DNA of 64,000 nucleotides from positions 2,732-66,731 of the IMG/VR virus record IMGVR_UViG_3300040811_000504. One strand, 5' to 3'. The notes below the pieces were generated by a model that saw only the letters and a program-made list of their open reading frames with translations, was not told the DNA's origin and did no database searches. A program made the translations under genes and the position numbers. This DNA is from a virus (lineage: Duplodnaviria; Caudoviricetes). Shown here piece by piece: positions 48,760 through 56,695 of the stretch (positions are counted from its first letter, which is position 1; each line of letters starts with the position of its first letter).

Positions 48760-50028
48760 TTAGAATGGGTTACTCAAATCTTCAGTTTCAGTATTGAACA
48801 AGTTCTCTTCTTCAGAAGAACCAACAAACTTTTGAACGAACTGTCGAATGTAAGTACGTTCTGATTGAGCACCACCTGCATCATCGAATAGTGGGTAGAT
48901 TGTAATCTCAGCAGCCTCAGCCAGATTAAACCCATCATAGAGTAGAGAACCAATCTCAACTGCTGTACGAGTCGATAATGAGTTAGTAAGTTGTGGAGTT
49001 TCTTTCTTAACCTCAGAACGGGTCATTGAAGTAATCTCAGCAACTGAGTTGATTAAGTTCACATCAACTGAAGGATACATCATTTGAAGTAGTGATTTTT
49101 CTTCATCAGATGTTAAAGTATCCATCTCAATAATTGTGAATCGGTCAACAATCGCACGGTCAAGTTGACGAGTGGCGGTGTATTCATTACCGATGTTAGC
49201 TGATGCAATGAAGGAAACACCCTCAGCAACTTTCACAACAGGCGAATCAGATGCCTCATCCAATCGTAAGTAACGTTGTCCGGCATCCAACACTGTCATT
49301 AGAATGTTGTGAGCCTCAGGGTGAGCCCGGCTAATCTCATCCAACACAATCACAGTGTTTGGAGTTTGAATTGCTTTAACGAATGGTGATGGTGAGAACA
49401 CAGTTCCTTTCTTAGTATCGAACTGAGTGTTACCAATCAGAGTAGCACGGGGGTCTTGTGTAGAACCTAAGTTGAAGATTTCCATATTGTAACCTTCGAT
49501 GGAATTAGCAGCTGCTTTAGCGGCCATAGTTTTACCACAACCAGCAGGCCCAGTCATCATAATATTCTTACCACGAAGAATGTTACGAATCAGATACTTC
49601 CATTTTAGTTCACTCATAAACAACATCTTTGGTTTCAAACCATTAGCCTCAGAGTGAATGAACTTTAGGAAATCTTCTTCCATTGGTTTCTCAACTGCTT
49701 CTGAAGGTGGTGGTGTACTAACCATTTTGAATGCTTCCAAACCACCATTGGGTTGATTAAAGTTCTCAACAGGCTCAGCCCCATTGAACTTCTCAGCAGG
49801 AACTCTACCGAACTCTACCGAACCTTCTGATAGGTTACCCTTTACACGTGCTTTGAAACAATACTTAGAAGGATTGTTAGCCGATGCAACGGCTCGTTTA
49901 TAAAGTGAAGTTCCCTTCTCATTGATTTCAGGAACCAAAAATTCAACACCATTCGTGTCTACTAAAACTAACTCTTTGTTCTCATTACGAACAACTTTAA
50001 GGAATACGGAACGCTGTGCTTTAGCCAT
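48760..50028 (-). CDS. MoxR/CbbQ-type AAA+ ATPase
   Basis: GPAGCGKT, IVLDEISRA, ASANIG, LDRAIVDRF, STR sensor. Confidence 0.9.
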   Translation of the reverse strand: MAKAQRSVFLKVVRNENKELVLVDTNGVEFLVPEINEKGTSLYKRAVASANNPSKYCFKARVKGNLSEGSVEFGRVPAEKFNGAEPVENFNQPNGGLEAFKMVSTPPPSEAVEKPMEEDFLKFIHSEANGLKPKMLFMSELKWKYLIRNILRGKNIMMTGPAGCGKTMAAKAAANSIEGYNMEIFNLGSTQDPRATLIGNTQFDTKKGTVFSPSPFVKAIQTPNTVIVLDEISRAHPEAHNILMTVLDAGQRYLRLDEASDSPVVKVAEGVSFIASANIGNEYTATRQLDRAIVDRFTIIEMDTLTSDEEKSLLQMMYPSVDVNLINSVAEITSMTRSEVKKETPQLTNSLSTRTAVEIGSLLYDGFNLAEAAEITIYPLFDDAGGAQSERTYIRQFVQKFVGSSEEENLFNTETEDLSNPF

Positions 50029-50079
50029 AATTTTATTTTTTAATTGTTTAACTTTTATTAATTATCTCTCTTTACTATG

Positions 50080-50135
50080 TAAAGATACTACTTTACTTTT
50101 ATATATCCAAACTTTCAATGTTAAGTTTATGTTAA
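50080..50135 (-). promoter_or_regulatory. Promoter with tandem TTAACA box (MoxR gene)
   Basis: TTTG-N20-TATCTTTA; boxes at 50119-24 and 50130-35. Confidence 0.7.
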
Positions 50136-50350
50136 CTTTTCATATGGTAGTGGCGAGAGTAATAACCCTCATCACCTACATTCGCATCATTCAATGGAGT
50201 ATAACCATTATACTGATTGGTATCATACAACATTCGTTCAATCATCGTACACATACCAGCTTTAAACTTATCATCACAATACTCATCAGTACGTTGGAGT
50301 TGGTTGTTAACGTAATCTAAAACTTTTTTTACTTCAATTGTTTTTCTCAT
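50132..50350 (-). CDS. Hypothetical protein (start revised to MRKTI)
   Basis: A promoter overlaps the longer track start. Confidence 0.55.
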   Translation of the reverse strand: MRKTIEVKKVLDYVNNQLQRTDEYCDDKFKAGMCTMIERMLYDTNQYNGYTPLNDANVGDEGYYSRHYHMKS

Positions 50351-50369
50351 ATCTCTCAATCTTACAGTA

Positions 50370-50425
50370 CTAAAGTACGACATATTATTGATATTTCCAA
50401 ATTTCTAATGTTAAGAAATCGTTAA
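50370..50425 (-). promoter_or_regulatory. Promoter with tandem TTAACA box
   Basis: TTTG-N20-TACTTTAG; boxes at 50409-14 and 50420-25 (TTAACG). Confidence 0.6.
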
Positions 50426-50611
50426 ATCTGTTAACAAAGTTTCATAAGCAGATGTGGCGTTTTCTACATAAAACACATCAGTTAACCCATCCAATTGATA
50501 TTTGTTTTGGAGAAACTGGCCGAATCTCAAGTCATCTGAGTTTCGACCATCCCCATTATCAACAGTCCACGATAGGTATTCCAAATTTAATCTCTCAATA
50601 TTCAGTACCAT
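50411..50611 (-). CDS. Hypothetical protein
   Basis: In-strand ORF; DLRFGQ motif. Confidence 0.55.
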   Translation of the reverse strand: MVLNIERLNLEYLSWTVDNGDGRNSDDLRFGQFLQNKYQLDGLTDVFYVENATSAYETLLTDLTIS

Positions 50612-52770
50612 TATTCAAACATTTTGTTTAGTGTTCGTGTCAAAGGAATCAGAGAAGTAACATCAATTGCTTCAGCAGATTTACCATACATTGCTTTAAA
50701 GTTATCAATAGCTCCACCGTATCTACCTTCTTCAATGAAGTAAGATAAAACGTTTACTCCAGCCATTCTCATTTTCTTAACCTGATTGGCAGTGTGGTTA
50801 ACCGCAGCCTCACCACCATATTCAATATCACTATTAGAAAAGCCTGGCCATCCATCGGAGAAGTTAATGAAGTAACTCTCAGCACCTTTGTTAGTTTTAG
50901 TGATATCATCTAAGATAGATTCGAAACACAATCCCTCAGGAGTAGTTCCACATGGATTAATGTATTGAAACAATTGTTGAATCTTAGAGAACTTATCAGT
51001 ACGAGAATCATATGCAATCAACATCAAAGGTTGAACCGATTGATGTGAACCACCACCTTGTTGAATTGAACGATAAGAAATCACAACATGAAGATTAGAG
51101 GTCATCGAAGCGGCCTTAGCGATTGCCACAGCAGCCGTTTGTGAATTAGTCCACTTCTTACCACCCATCGAAGAACTCGCATCAATGGAGATGTGAATCA
51201 ACGCAGGTTTGTGTTTGTTAACCACTGTCTGGTCAAAGATTTGAACATTACCCATACCCAACTCATGTAACAAACGACCTGAGATTTTACCATTCTTCAT
51301 ACGAGGTGTAACCAATGAACGTTCCTCAGAACGAACTTTCAAACGCTTACCAAGCATAGTACCAATCTGAACACCTTTAGTGATTGCAGGTTGGTTACGT
51401 TCACAATACCAACTGTATGTAGATAACATATCAATGGTATCAGAATCAATCAAACCTTTGGTAAAGTTACGAACCACAACAACAGATGTTGCTTTATCCT
51501 GTTTCCAATAACGACCTGATTGATAATCCTTACCAGCCAGCTTTTCATCGATACCAGCTTTAGAAAGTGTATCTAATTTTTGATTCTCACCTTTACCAAC
51601 TTTCTTCTTTTTGATATCACCATTTTGGAAATCTTTTTGTTTCTTAATAGCGTTATCCAATTGTTTTTTCTGGCGGTCTGAAAGTTCCCCCTCACCACTA
51701 CTAACTTTGTTATCAGCGATTTTATTGTTAGAACCATCACCACCCGCACCATTCGGATTGTAAGAAGAACGACCTGATTTTACATCATCACCTTCAGCAT
51801 CACCTTTGGTATCATCAATACCATTTGAATCTTGCTTTGATTGACCATCACTCTCAGGCCCTTCAGTATTATCAGTACCATTGGTTTCAGAGTTATCTCC
51901 ACCACCACCAGTACCTTCACCTGATTGTTGTTCGGTATCATCAGAGTTACCCTCACCATTACCATCACCATTCTCAGGTTGTTCAGATGGTGGAAGTGAA
52001 TCTTCTACTAATTTGAAAACCTCACAGGCCAATTCAAACGCCTGTTGAGTATTTTGTAATCGGTTGATGTTTTTCAAATCAATCAACTCCCAAACTTTTC
52101 GTAACATTGGAAGTGCATCCAAATCACGATTAGAGTTGGTGATGTTAATGATACGGAACATATAAGATTCCCAATCCTCAGTACGATACTCTGAAGATTG
52201 AAGTCCTTTATCGATAATCTTAGCGTTGAAGTACTTATCGTACATTGCGTGGTAGTAACCTTTGTAACCAGGAGAAGTAGAATAGATGTAGTAATCAATT
52301 CTACGGTCCTCAATCACATTCAACAAATCTTTAACAACACCTGAAACCCAATTACGAACACGCTCATAACTCATATAGTGTTTAGCTTCCAAATCCGATA
52401 GGTAACTATACCCAATCGGTTGGGGGAAATCGTAATTACGAAGTTTATTTAGTGATGAAAAATCGGTTAACTTAATGTGAGAACCTTCATGCAGTGCCAG
52501 CCCAACAGTAGGGTCAAACTCCTTATCATCCATCTTAGATGAAATGGTAACAGTCTTACCATCAGTATAGGAATTATCACCACGCTGGTCAAACATCACT
52601 TTGATGTTCTCATTGGTAACGATGTTAACAAAATTCGATACTGCTCTTTTGTATGATGCAAGTGCAAGAAGATTTGATTGTTTCTTCTCAACTACATCAA
52701 CAACATCAGAGTCATCATCAAATAAATCATCTCGCAACCAGTACGAACTATATTTTGTGTTATCTCTCAT
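50611..52770 (-). CDS. vWA (MIDAS) protein with N-terminal HExxH domain (CobT-like MoxR partner)
   Basis: ALHEGSH...IEDRRID; acidic Gly-rich linker; IDASSSM, GTTPE, FSDG. Confidence 0.85.
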   Translation of the reverse strand: MRDNTKYSSYWLRDDLFDDDSDVVDVVEKKQSNLLALASYKRAVSNFVNIVTNENIKVMFDQRGDNSYTDGKTVTISSKMDDKEFDPTVGLALHEGSHIKLTDFSSLNKLRNYDFPQPIGYSYLSDLEAKHYMSYERVRNWVSGVVKDLLNVIEDRRIDYYIYSTSPGYKGYYHAMYDKYFNAKIIDKGLQSSEYRTEDWESYMFRIINITNSNRDLDALPMLRKVWELIDLKNINRLQNTQQAFELACEVFKLVEDSLPPSEQPENGDGNGEGNSDDTEQQSGEGTGGGGDNSETNGTDNTEGPESDGQSKQDSNGIDDTKGDAEGDDVKSGRSSYNPNGAGGDGSNNKIADNKVSSGEGELSDRQKKQLDNAIKKQKDFQNGDIKKKKVGKGENQKLDTLSKAGIDEKLAGKDYQSGRYWKQDKATSVVVVRNFTKGLIDSDTIDMLSTYSWYCERNQPAITKGVQIGTMLGKRLKVRSEERSLVTPRMKNGKISGRLLHELGMGNVQIFDQTVVNKHKPALIHISIDASSSMGGKKWTNSQTAAVAIAKAASMTSNLHVVISYRSIQQGGGSHQSVQPLMLIAYDSRTDKFSKIQQLFQYINPCGTTPEGLCFESILDDITKTNKGAESYFINFSDGWPGFSNSDIEYGGEAAVNHTANQVKKMRMAGVNVLSYFIEEGRYGGAIDNFKAMYGKSAEAIDVTSLIPLTRTLNKMFE

Positions 52771-52816
52771 ATATCTATATTTTTAATTTGATTACTAATT
52801 ATCTCTCTTTACTATG

Positions 52817-52872
52817 TAAAGATAAGGTATTTTACTTGAATAAACAAGCTTTTAATGTTAAATAATTGTTAA
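52817..52872 (-). promoter_or_regulatory. Promoter with tandem TTAACA box (vWA gene)
   Basis: CTTG-N20-TATCTTTA; boxes at 52856-61 and 52867-72. Confidence 0.7.
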
Positions 52873-52896
52873 AGTTATTAACAAGTTATCAACACT

Positions 52897-53094
52897 TTAA
52901 ATCAATGCTTTGTAAATTTTATTGTAGTTAATCGAACATAATCCGATTATACCTATCATAAATGACATAAATGCGAATCCCATCTCATTGAGAACACCCG
53001 CAAAATGTATTAGGGATTGAACTTTACCCAACATAGTTCCGATAGATAATCCGAACCCACCTAACACTAACAAAATCGCTTGATAATTTTTCAT
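52897..53094 (-). CDS. Small two-TM membrane protein
   Basis: Two hydrophobic segments. Confidence 0.55.
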   Translation of the reverse strand: MKNYQAILLVLGGFGLSIGTMLGKVQSLIHFAGVLNEMGFAFMSFMIGIIGLCSINYNKIYKALI

Positions 53095-53123
53095 ACTATA
53101 TAATCTTTATCTCTTTTACTATG

Positions 53124-53179
53124 TAAAGATAATAAAAAAAGGGGACTTTACCAAGCCCCCAATGTTAAGAAATTGTTAA
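53124..53179 (-). promoter_or_regulatory. Promoter with tandem TTAACA box
   Basis: CTTG-N20-TATCTTTA; boxes at 53163-68 and 53174-79. Confidence 0.65.
53134..53160 (-). terminator. Intrinsic terminator overlapping the promoter
   Basis: GGGGGCTT-GGTA-AAGTCCCC-TTTTTTT. Confidence 0.8.
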
Positions 53180-53188
53180 ATCTTTATC

Positions 53189-53511
53189 TTAATTTGATAA
53201 AGGTGCTTTAAGAGTTGGGTGTGATTCCTAACTCTTTTAATTGTTCGGTAGTTAATGGTTTAATTGGTTCAGGTTCTATAAACTTTGGATAAGTTCTTTT
53301 AAGTGGTTCTTTTTTAAAAGAATATCCGGTAATGTCTACATAACGTAATAATTCTTTATCACCTTCTATTTTTAGACCAGAACTAGAACTAATTTTAATC
53401 ATTGCAATTTTATATCCAAATTTGTTGGATATCCATTTAATAAATTTTATGTGTAATCTTTCCATAACTTTTTTTAATTTGATAAAGGTGCTTTAATTGT
53501 TGGGTGTGATT
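53189..53511 (-). repeat. 38-bp direct repeat (thyA 3' end) flanking an 85-aa ORF
   Basis: 53474-53511 and 53189-53226, 2 mismatches; they read SHPTIKAPLSN* and SHPTLKAPLSN*. Confidence 0.9.
53208..53465 (-). CDS. Hypothetical protein between the thyA-end repeats
   Basis: In-strand ORF. Confidence 0.55.
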   Translation of the reverse strand: MERLHIKFIKWISNKFGYKIAMIKISSSSGLKIEGDKELLRYVDITGYSFKKEPLKRTYPKFIEPEPIKPLTTEQLKELGITPNS

Positions 53512-54499
53512 GATAGTCAAATAGTACAAAATCATCAGGTGTTAAATCTGTTAAATCTTTATTATATTCTCCTTCTCTATAATCCAAACATATTTTAGGT
53601 AACTTCATAGGTTCTCTACCAATCTGTTCTTTTGCTTGTTTGATGTGGTTTAAATATAGATGAGTATCTCCTAAGTTACCAATCAGTTCATCAGGTACCA
53701 TATTAACTTCCTTTGCTATAATTTCTAATAGTAAACCATAAGATGCAATGTTAAAAGGCAAACCTAAGAATGTATCAACACTTCGTTGATTCCACATTAG
53801 AGATATCTTTCTTTTAGGTACATTACGTTCATTTAAATCACTATCATAAAAATGTTTTCCATACGATGTACTCTTACCGATAGATGATGTCCAATATTCA
53901 ATTCGTTCTTCTAGGCTTAACTCTCTCGTATAAACTTGGAATCCATAATGACAAGGTGGGAGTGTCATTGTTGGTAAATCAGATACGTTCCAAGCATTAA
54001 CCATCAAACGTCTTGAGTCTGGATTTGTTTTAAGGTCGTTGATTAGGTTTTGGATTTGGTCTGTATAATCATTAAACTGACCCCATTTTCTCCACTGCTT
54101 TCCGTAGATAGGACCTAACTCACCCCACTTCTTAGCAAACTCATTATCAGTTTTGATTTCGTTGATAAACTCATCCATTGATAAAATATCGACACCATAA
54201 GAATTAGCCATTGCATATTTCTCATATGCCTTATAAGCATCACCATTCCAAATATTACATCCGTTTTCAACCAAATATTTGATATTAGTATCCCCTCTTA
54301 AAAACCATAGTAACTCAGTTACCATAGTTTTGAATGCCATTTTCTTAGTTGTTAATAGAGGAAATCCTTCGCTCATATTATGGCGAATCTGTCTACCAAA
54401 TATAGAGATTGTACCAGTTCCAGTTCTATCTGATTTTTCTGTACCGAACTTTAGAATGGTTTGGAGTAATTCCTGATATTGTCTATCTAATGTATTCAT
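53474..54499 (-). CDS. thyA: Thymidylate synthase
   Basis: DRTGTGT, FPLLTTKK, PDSRR, LPPCH, QRSVD.FLGLPFNIASY, GDTHLY.NH. Confidence 0.97.
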   Translation of the reverse strand: MNTLDRQYQELLQTILKFGTEKSDRTGTGTISIFGRQIRHNMSEGFPLLTTKKMAFKTMVTELLWFLRGDTNIKYLVENGCNIWNGDAYKAYEKYAMANSYGVDILSMDEFINEIKTDNEFAKKWGELGPIYGKQWRKWGQFNDYTDQIQNLINDLKTNPDSRRLMVNAWNVSDLPTMTLPPCHYGFQVYTRELSLEERIEYWTSSIGKSTSYGKHFYDSDLNERNVPKRKISLMWNQRSVDTFLGLPFNIASYGLLLEIIAKEVNMVPDELIGNLGDTHLYLNHIKQAKEQIGREPMKLPKICLDYREGEYNKDLTDLTPDDFVLFDYQSHPTIKAPLSN

Positions 54500-54882
54500 T
54501 TATTATACTTATCTTTTACTCTTTGTGAAATTGGAATAGGGTCGTTGTTTTCATCAATACGAACAAACTTAATCTTAGTGGATAGGATAACTGATTGTTG
54601 ACCCGAATATACATTATGTGCTCTTGCCTCTAAATATAATGTTAATGATGTAGTACCAATGGAATCCACATTACCATATATCTTAATTAATTGACCTTCT
54701 TTAGCAGGACGTTTAAATATACATTCATCAATCTTTACAGTAACCATACGTGGGGTATCGGATACTTCCATTGCCATAGCAGCACCTGCAGCGTCTAACC
54801 ATGCAAGAAGTTTACCACCAAATAAATTTGCGTGGAAACCTAAATCTGATTTCTTAATCGGATGGGTGCTAATTAACTTCAT
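54496..54882 (-). CDS. Acyl-CoA thioesterase (hotdog fold, YciA-like)
   Basis: DLGFHANLFGGKLLAWLD...MVT...F..P...G...T.FV.ID. Confidence 0.85.
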   Translation of the reverse strand: MKLISTHPIKKSDLGFHANLFGGKLLAWLDAAGAAMAMEVSDTPRMVTVKIDECIFKRPAKEGQLIKIYGNVDSIGTTSLTLYLEARAHNVYSGQQSVILSTKIKFVRIDENNDPIPISQRVKDKYNK

Positions 54883-55253
54883 TTATTTTTGAAGTATTTA
54901 ATAAGAATATGTGCTGAACGATAGTTAGTTGCAAGTGGTACATCATGTACATCACATAACCTCATCAACATTGAAATATCAACATCATGTGGATGTTTAT
55001 CCAATGGGTCTCTGAAGAATACAACTCCATCAATCTCACCTCTTGTTACCATAGAACCAATCTCAGCATCACCACCCATTGGGCCCGATGAAACTTTTTG
55101 AACCTTATCTACTCCTGCGTGAGTAATCATTGTACCAGTTGTACCTGTTGCTACAATATCAACATCAGTACGTTTAAAGAACTCCAATCGTTTCATAACA
55201 AACGAAACCATATCAGCCTTCTTACCATCATGTGCTATTAAAGCTATTTTCAT
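54879..55253 (-). CDS. mgsA: Methylglyoxal synthase
   Basis: IALIAHD.KK, ATGTTG, SGPMGGD, FRDPL..HPHDVDI..L.RLCDVH..PLATN. Confidence 0.93.
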   Translation of the reverse strand: MKIALIAHDGKKADMVSFVMKRLEFFKRTDVDIVATGTTGTMITHAGVDKVQKVSSGPMGGDAEIGSMVTRGEIDGVVFFRDPLDKHPHDVDISMLMRLCDVHDVPLATNYRSAHILIKYFKNK

Positions 55254-55408
55254 TTTACCCATTCGTTAAATGCAATCTCATACGCCTCAACCTTAGAGAG
55301 TTTTGGATTCTCTTCCATCTCTTTCCTAGCCCAATCCATCACTTCAGTACGAAGTCCATATGCGGATGCCTCATATAGAATCTCTTCAATTTGTTCTTCG
55401 TTAGTCAT
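55250..55408 (-). CDS. Small hypothetical protein (52 aa)
   Basis: Manual ORF MTNEEQIEEILYEA...; ATGA overlap with mgsA. Confidence 0.6.
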   Translation of the reverse strand: MTNEEQIEEILYEASAYGLRTEVMDWARKEMEENPKLSKVEAYEIAFNEWVK

Positions 55409-55742
55409 ATTTAAGAATTTGTGATTTAACCTTATCCATAAGAGTTAGAACATCTGGTGTCAATGGAGATGTATTCATAACATCCATTATTTCGGATAGA
55501 AGTTCCTTCATATCTCTTTTAGATTTATCCTTAGAAAATTTAACGTTGGTACGTTCTACTTCATACAAATGATACGCAATCTCATCTATCTCTTTCAACT
55601 TATTCTCATACTTTGATATACGAGAATCTACATATCGATTATTAGATGAATTACTATTAGGAACATATCCTTTGTACAACTCATCCAACCTACCTTTAAG
55701 GTACTGAATTTCCATCAGTTTATGTATTGACTTGTAATCCAT
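55401..55742 (-). CDS. Hypothetical protein
   Basis: In-strand ORF. Confidence 0.6.
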   Translation of the reverse strand: MDYKSIHKLMEIQYLKGRLDELYKGYVPNSNSSNNRYVDSRISKYENKLKEIDEIAYHLYEVERTNVKFSKDKSKRDMKELLSEIMDVMNTSPLTPDVLTLMDKVKSQILKYD

Positions 55743-55757
55743 TACTTTTTAATTTAG

Positions 55758-55829
55758 AGCGGGAAGGTGGAACTGCCCCACCATCTCCGTACTGGAAGTA
55801 CGGCGAGTTTCTCTTAACTCTTTTCCCGC
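55758..55829 (-). tRNA. tRNA-Gly(UCC)-like, non-canonical core, copy 1
   Basis: GCGGGAA/TTCCCGC acceptor with U73; D stem GAGT/ACTC; anticodon CCGTA-CTTCCAG-TACGG; T arm GGTGG-GGCAGTT-CCACC; no CCA. Confidence 0.8.
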
Positions 55830-55834
55830 ATTAG

Positions 55835-55906
55835 AGCGGAAGGTTGGAACTGCCCCAACTTCTTCTGACTGGATGTCAGACGGGTTTCTCTTAACCCCTC
55901 TCCCGC
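55835..55906 (-). tRNA. tRNA-Gly(UCC)-like, non-canonical core with A33, copy 2
   Basis: GCGGGAG/CTTCCGC with U73; GGGT/ACCC; TCTGA-CATCCAG-TCAGA; GTTGG-GGCAGTT-CCAAC. Confidence 0.75.
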
Positions 55907-56157
55907 ATTTCTTTTTGTATGGTAGTTACTATTGAATCATCTATTTGATTTTCAATAGCAGTGTTCCATAACTTTCTCATAAACTCAATGTGATGGGGTT
56001 GAATTTCAAATCCCATCTCACCACTAAATGTGTTTTGAGAACCTGTAATCAATGCACGAACAATGTAGATATCACCTACATCAACACCTTCAGTATTCTC
56101 CATTAACTTCTTTAAGTAAAGAATCTTATCGGTTATATTTACACTATCCCATTTCAT
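55891..56157 (-). CDS. Hypothetical protein (start revised to MKWDS); last codons overlap tRNA-Gly copy 2
   Basis: Promoter at 56165-56196 precedes ATG 56157. Confidence 0.55.
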   Translation of the reverse strand: MKWDSVNITDKILYLKKLMENTEGVDVGDIYIVRALITGSQNTFSGEMGFEIQPHHIEFMRKLWNTAIENQIDDSIVTTIQKEMRERG

Positions 56158-56164
56158 TTGAATA

Positions 56165-56196
56165 CAAATATACAACTTATTTTTTAATTATACAAG
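56165..56196 (-). promoter_or_regulatory. Bacteroidota consensus promoter
   Basis: CTTG-N20-TATATTTG. Confidence 0.75.
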
Positions 56197-56216
56197 TCTT
56201 TTTTAAAATATTTTTG

Positions 56217-56301
56217 CGGAAGATGTAGGATTCGAACCTACGATACCTTTCGGTATGCTGGTTTTCAAGACCAGTGCAATCGACCACTCTGCCAATCTTC
56301 C
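56217..56301 (-). tRNA. tRNA-Ser(UGA)
   Basis: GGAAGAT/ATCTTCC, CTGGT-CTTGAAA-ACCAG, long variable arm, GGTTCGAATCC, G73. Confidence 0.95.
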
Positions 56302-56306
56302 AAAGT

Positions 56307-56417
56307 GAGAGAGGCTTCGGGTCTTTCGGGGTTTCTGGTTTGGTCTATTTACGCCTACTATAAACCCTTTTTCAGCGGAATTCTTAATTATACCCTAACA
56401 GCTTCACTTCCTCTCTC
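56307..56417 (-). ncRNA. Candidate structured RNA A (unknown family)
   Basis: 8-bp terminal stem GAGAGAGG/CCTCTCTC and internal GGTTTAT/ATAGACC hairpin; GC-rich; lies in the tRNA cluster. Confidence 0.4.
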
Positions 56418-56418
56418 T

Positions 56419-56456
56419 AAAAAAATGAGAGTAGATATTTGCAACTACCTACCCTC
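56419..56456 (-). terminator. Terminator-like hairpin inside the tRNA cluster
   Basis: GAGGGTAGGTA-GTTGCAAA-TATCTACTCTC then ATTTTTTT. Confidence 0.6.
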
Positions 56457-56522
56457 GCAAAAGACTTACCCTGGTACGCTCGACCGGGGACACCCCAATC
56501 CGTTAAAGCGTGATAAGTACTT

Positions 56523-56599
56523 TGGTACACCCGATAGGATTCGAACCTATGACCTACGCATTAGAAGTGCGTTGCTCTATCCAGCTGAGCTACGGGTGC
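56523..56599 (-). tRNA. tRNA-Arg(UCU), CCA encoded
   Basis: GCACCCG TAGCTCAG CTGG ATAGAGC; ACGCA-CTTCTAA-TGCGT; GGTTCGAATCC; ACCA. Confidence 0.96.
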
Positions 56600-56603
56600 A
56601 TAA

Positions 56604-56695
56604 TAGAGGGCTACCCTTATGATGAACACCCGTCAGTGCCATTTAACCAGTTGCGGCCATACCTACGTCTAGGATTTTACTTTTTACTCCCTCTA
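56604..56695 (-). ncRNA. Candidate structured RNA B (unknown family)
   Basis: 7-bp terminal stem TAGAGGG/CCCTCTA and CCTA-GACG-TAGG hairpin; fills the gap between tRNA-Leu and tRNA-Arg. Confidence 0.4.

Noticed and set aside
55758-55906. tRNA-Gly copies as simple decayed pseudogenes
   Set aside because: Differences between the copies are mostly compensatory stem changes while the unusual loops are identical, which argues for selection.
56420-56695. HDV-like theta ribozymes in tRNA trailers
   Set aside because: The nested P1-P2-P3-P1'-P4 order and catalytic C/GAA junction could not be built; the closing stems are simple terminal helices.
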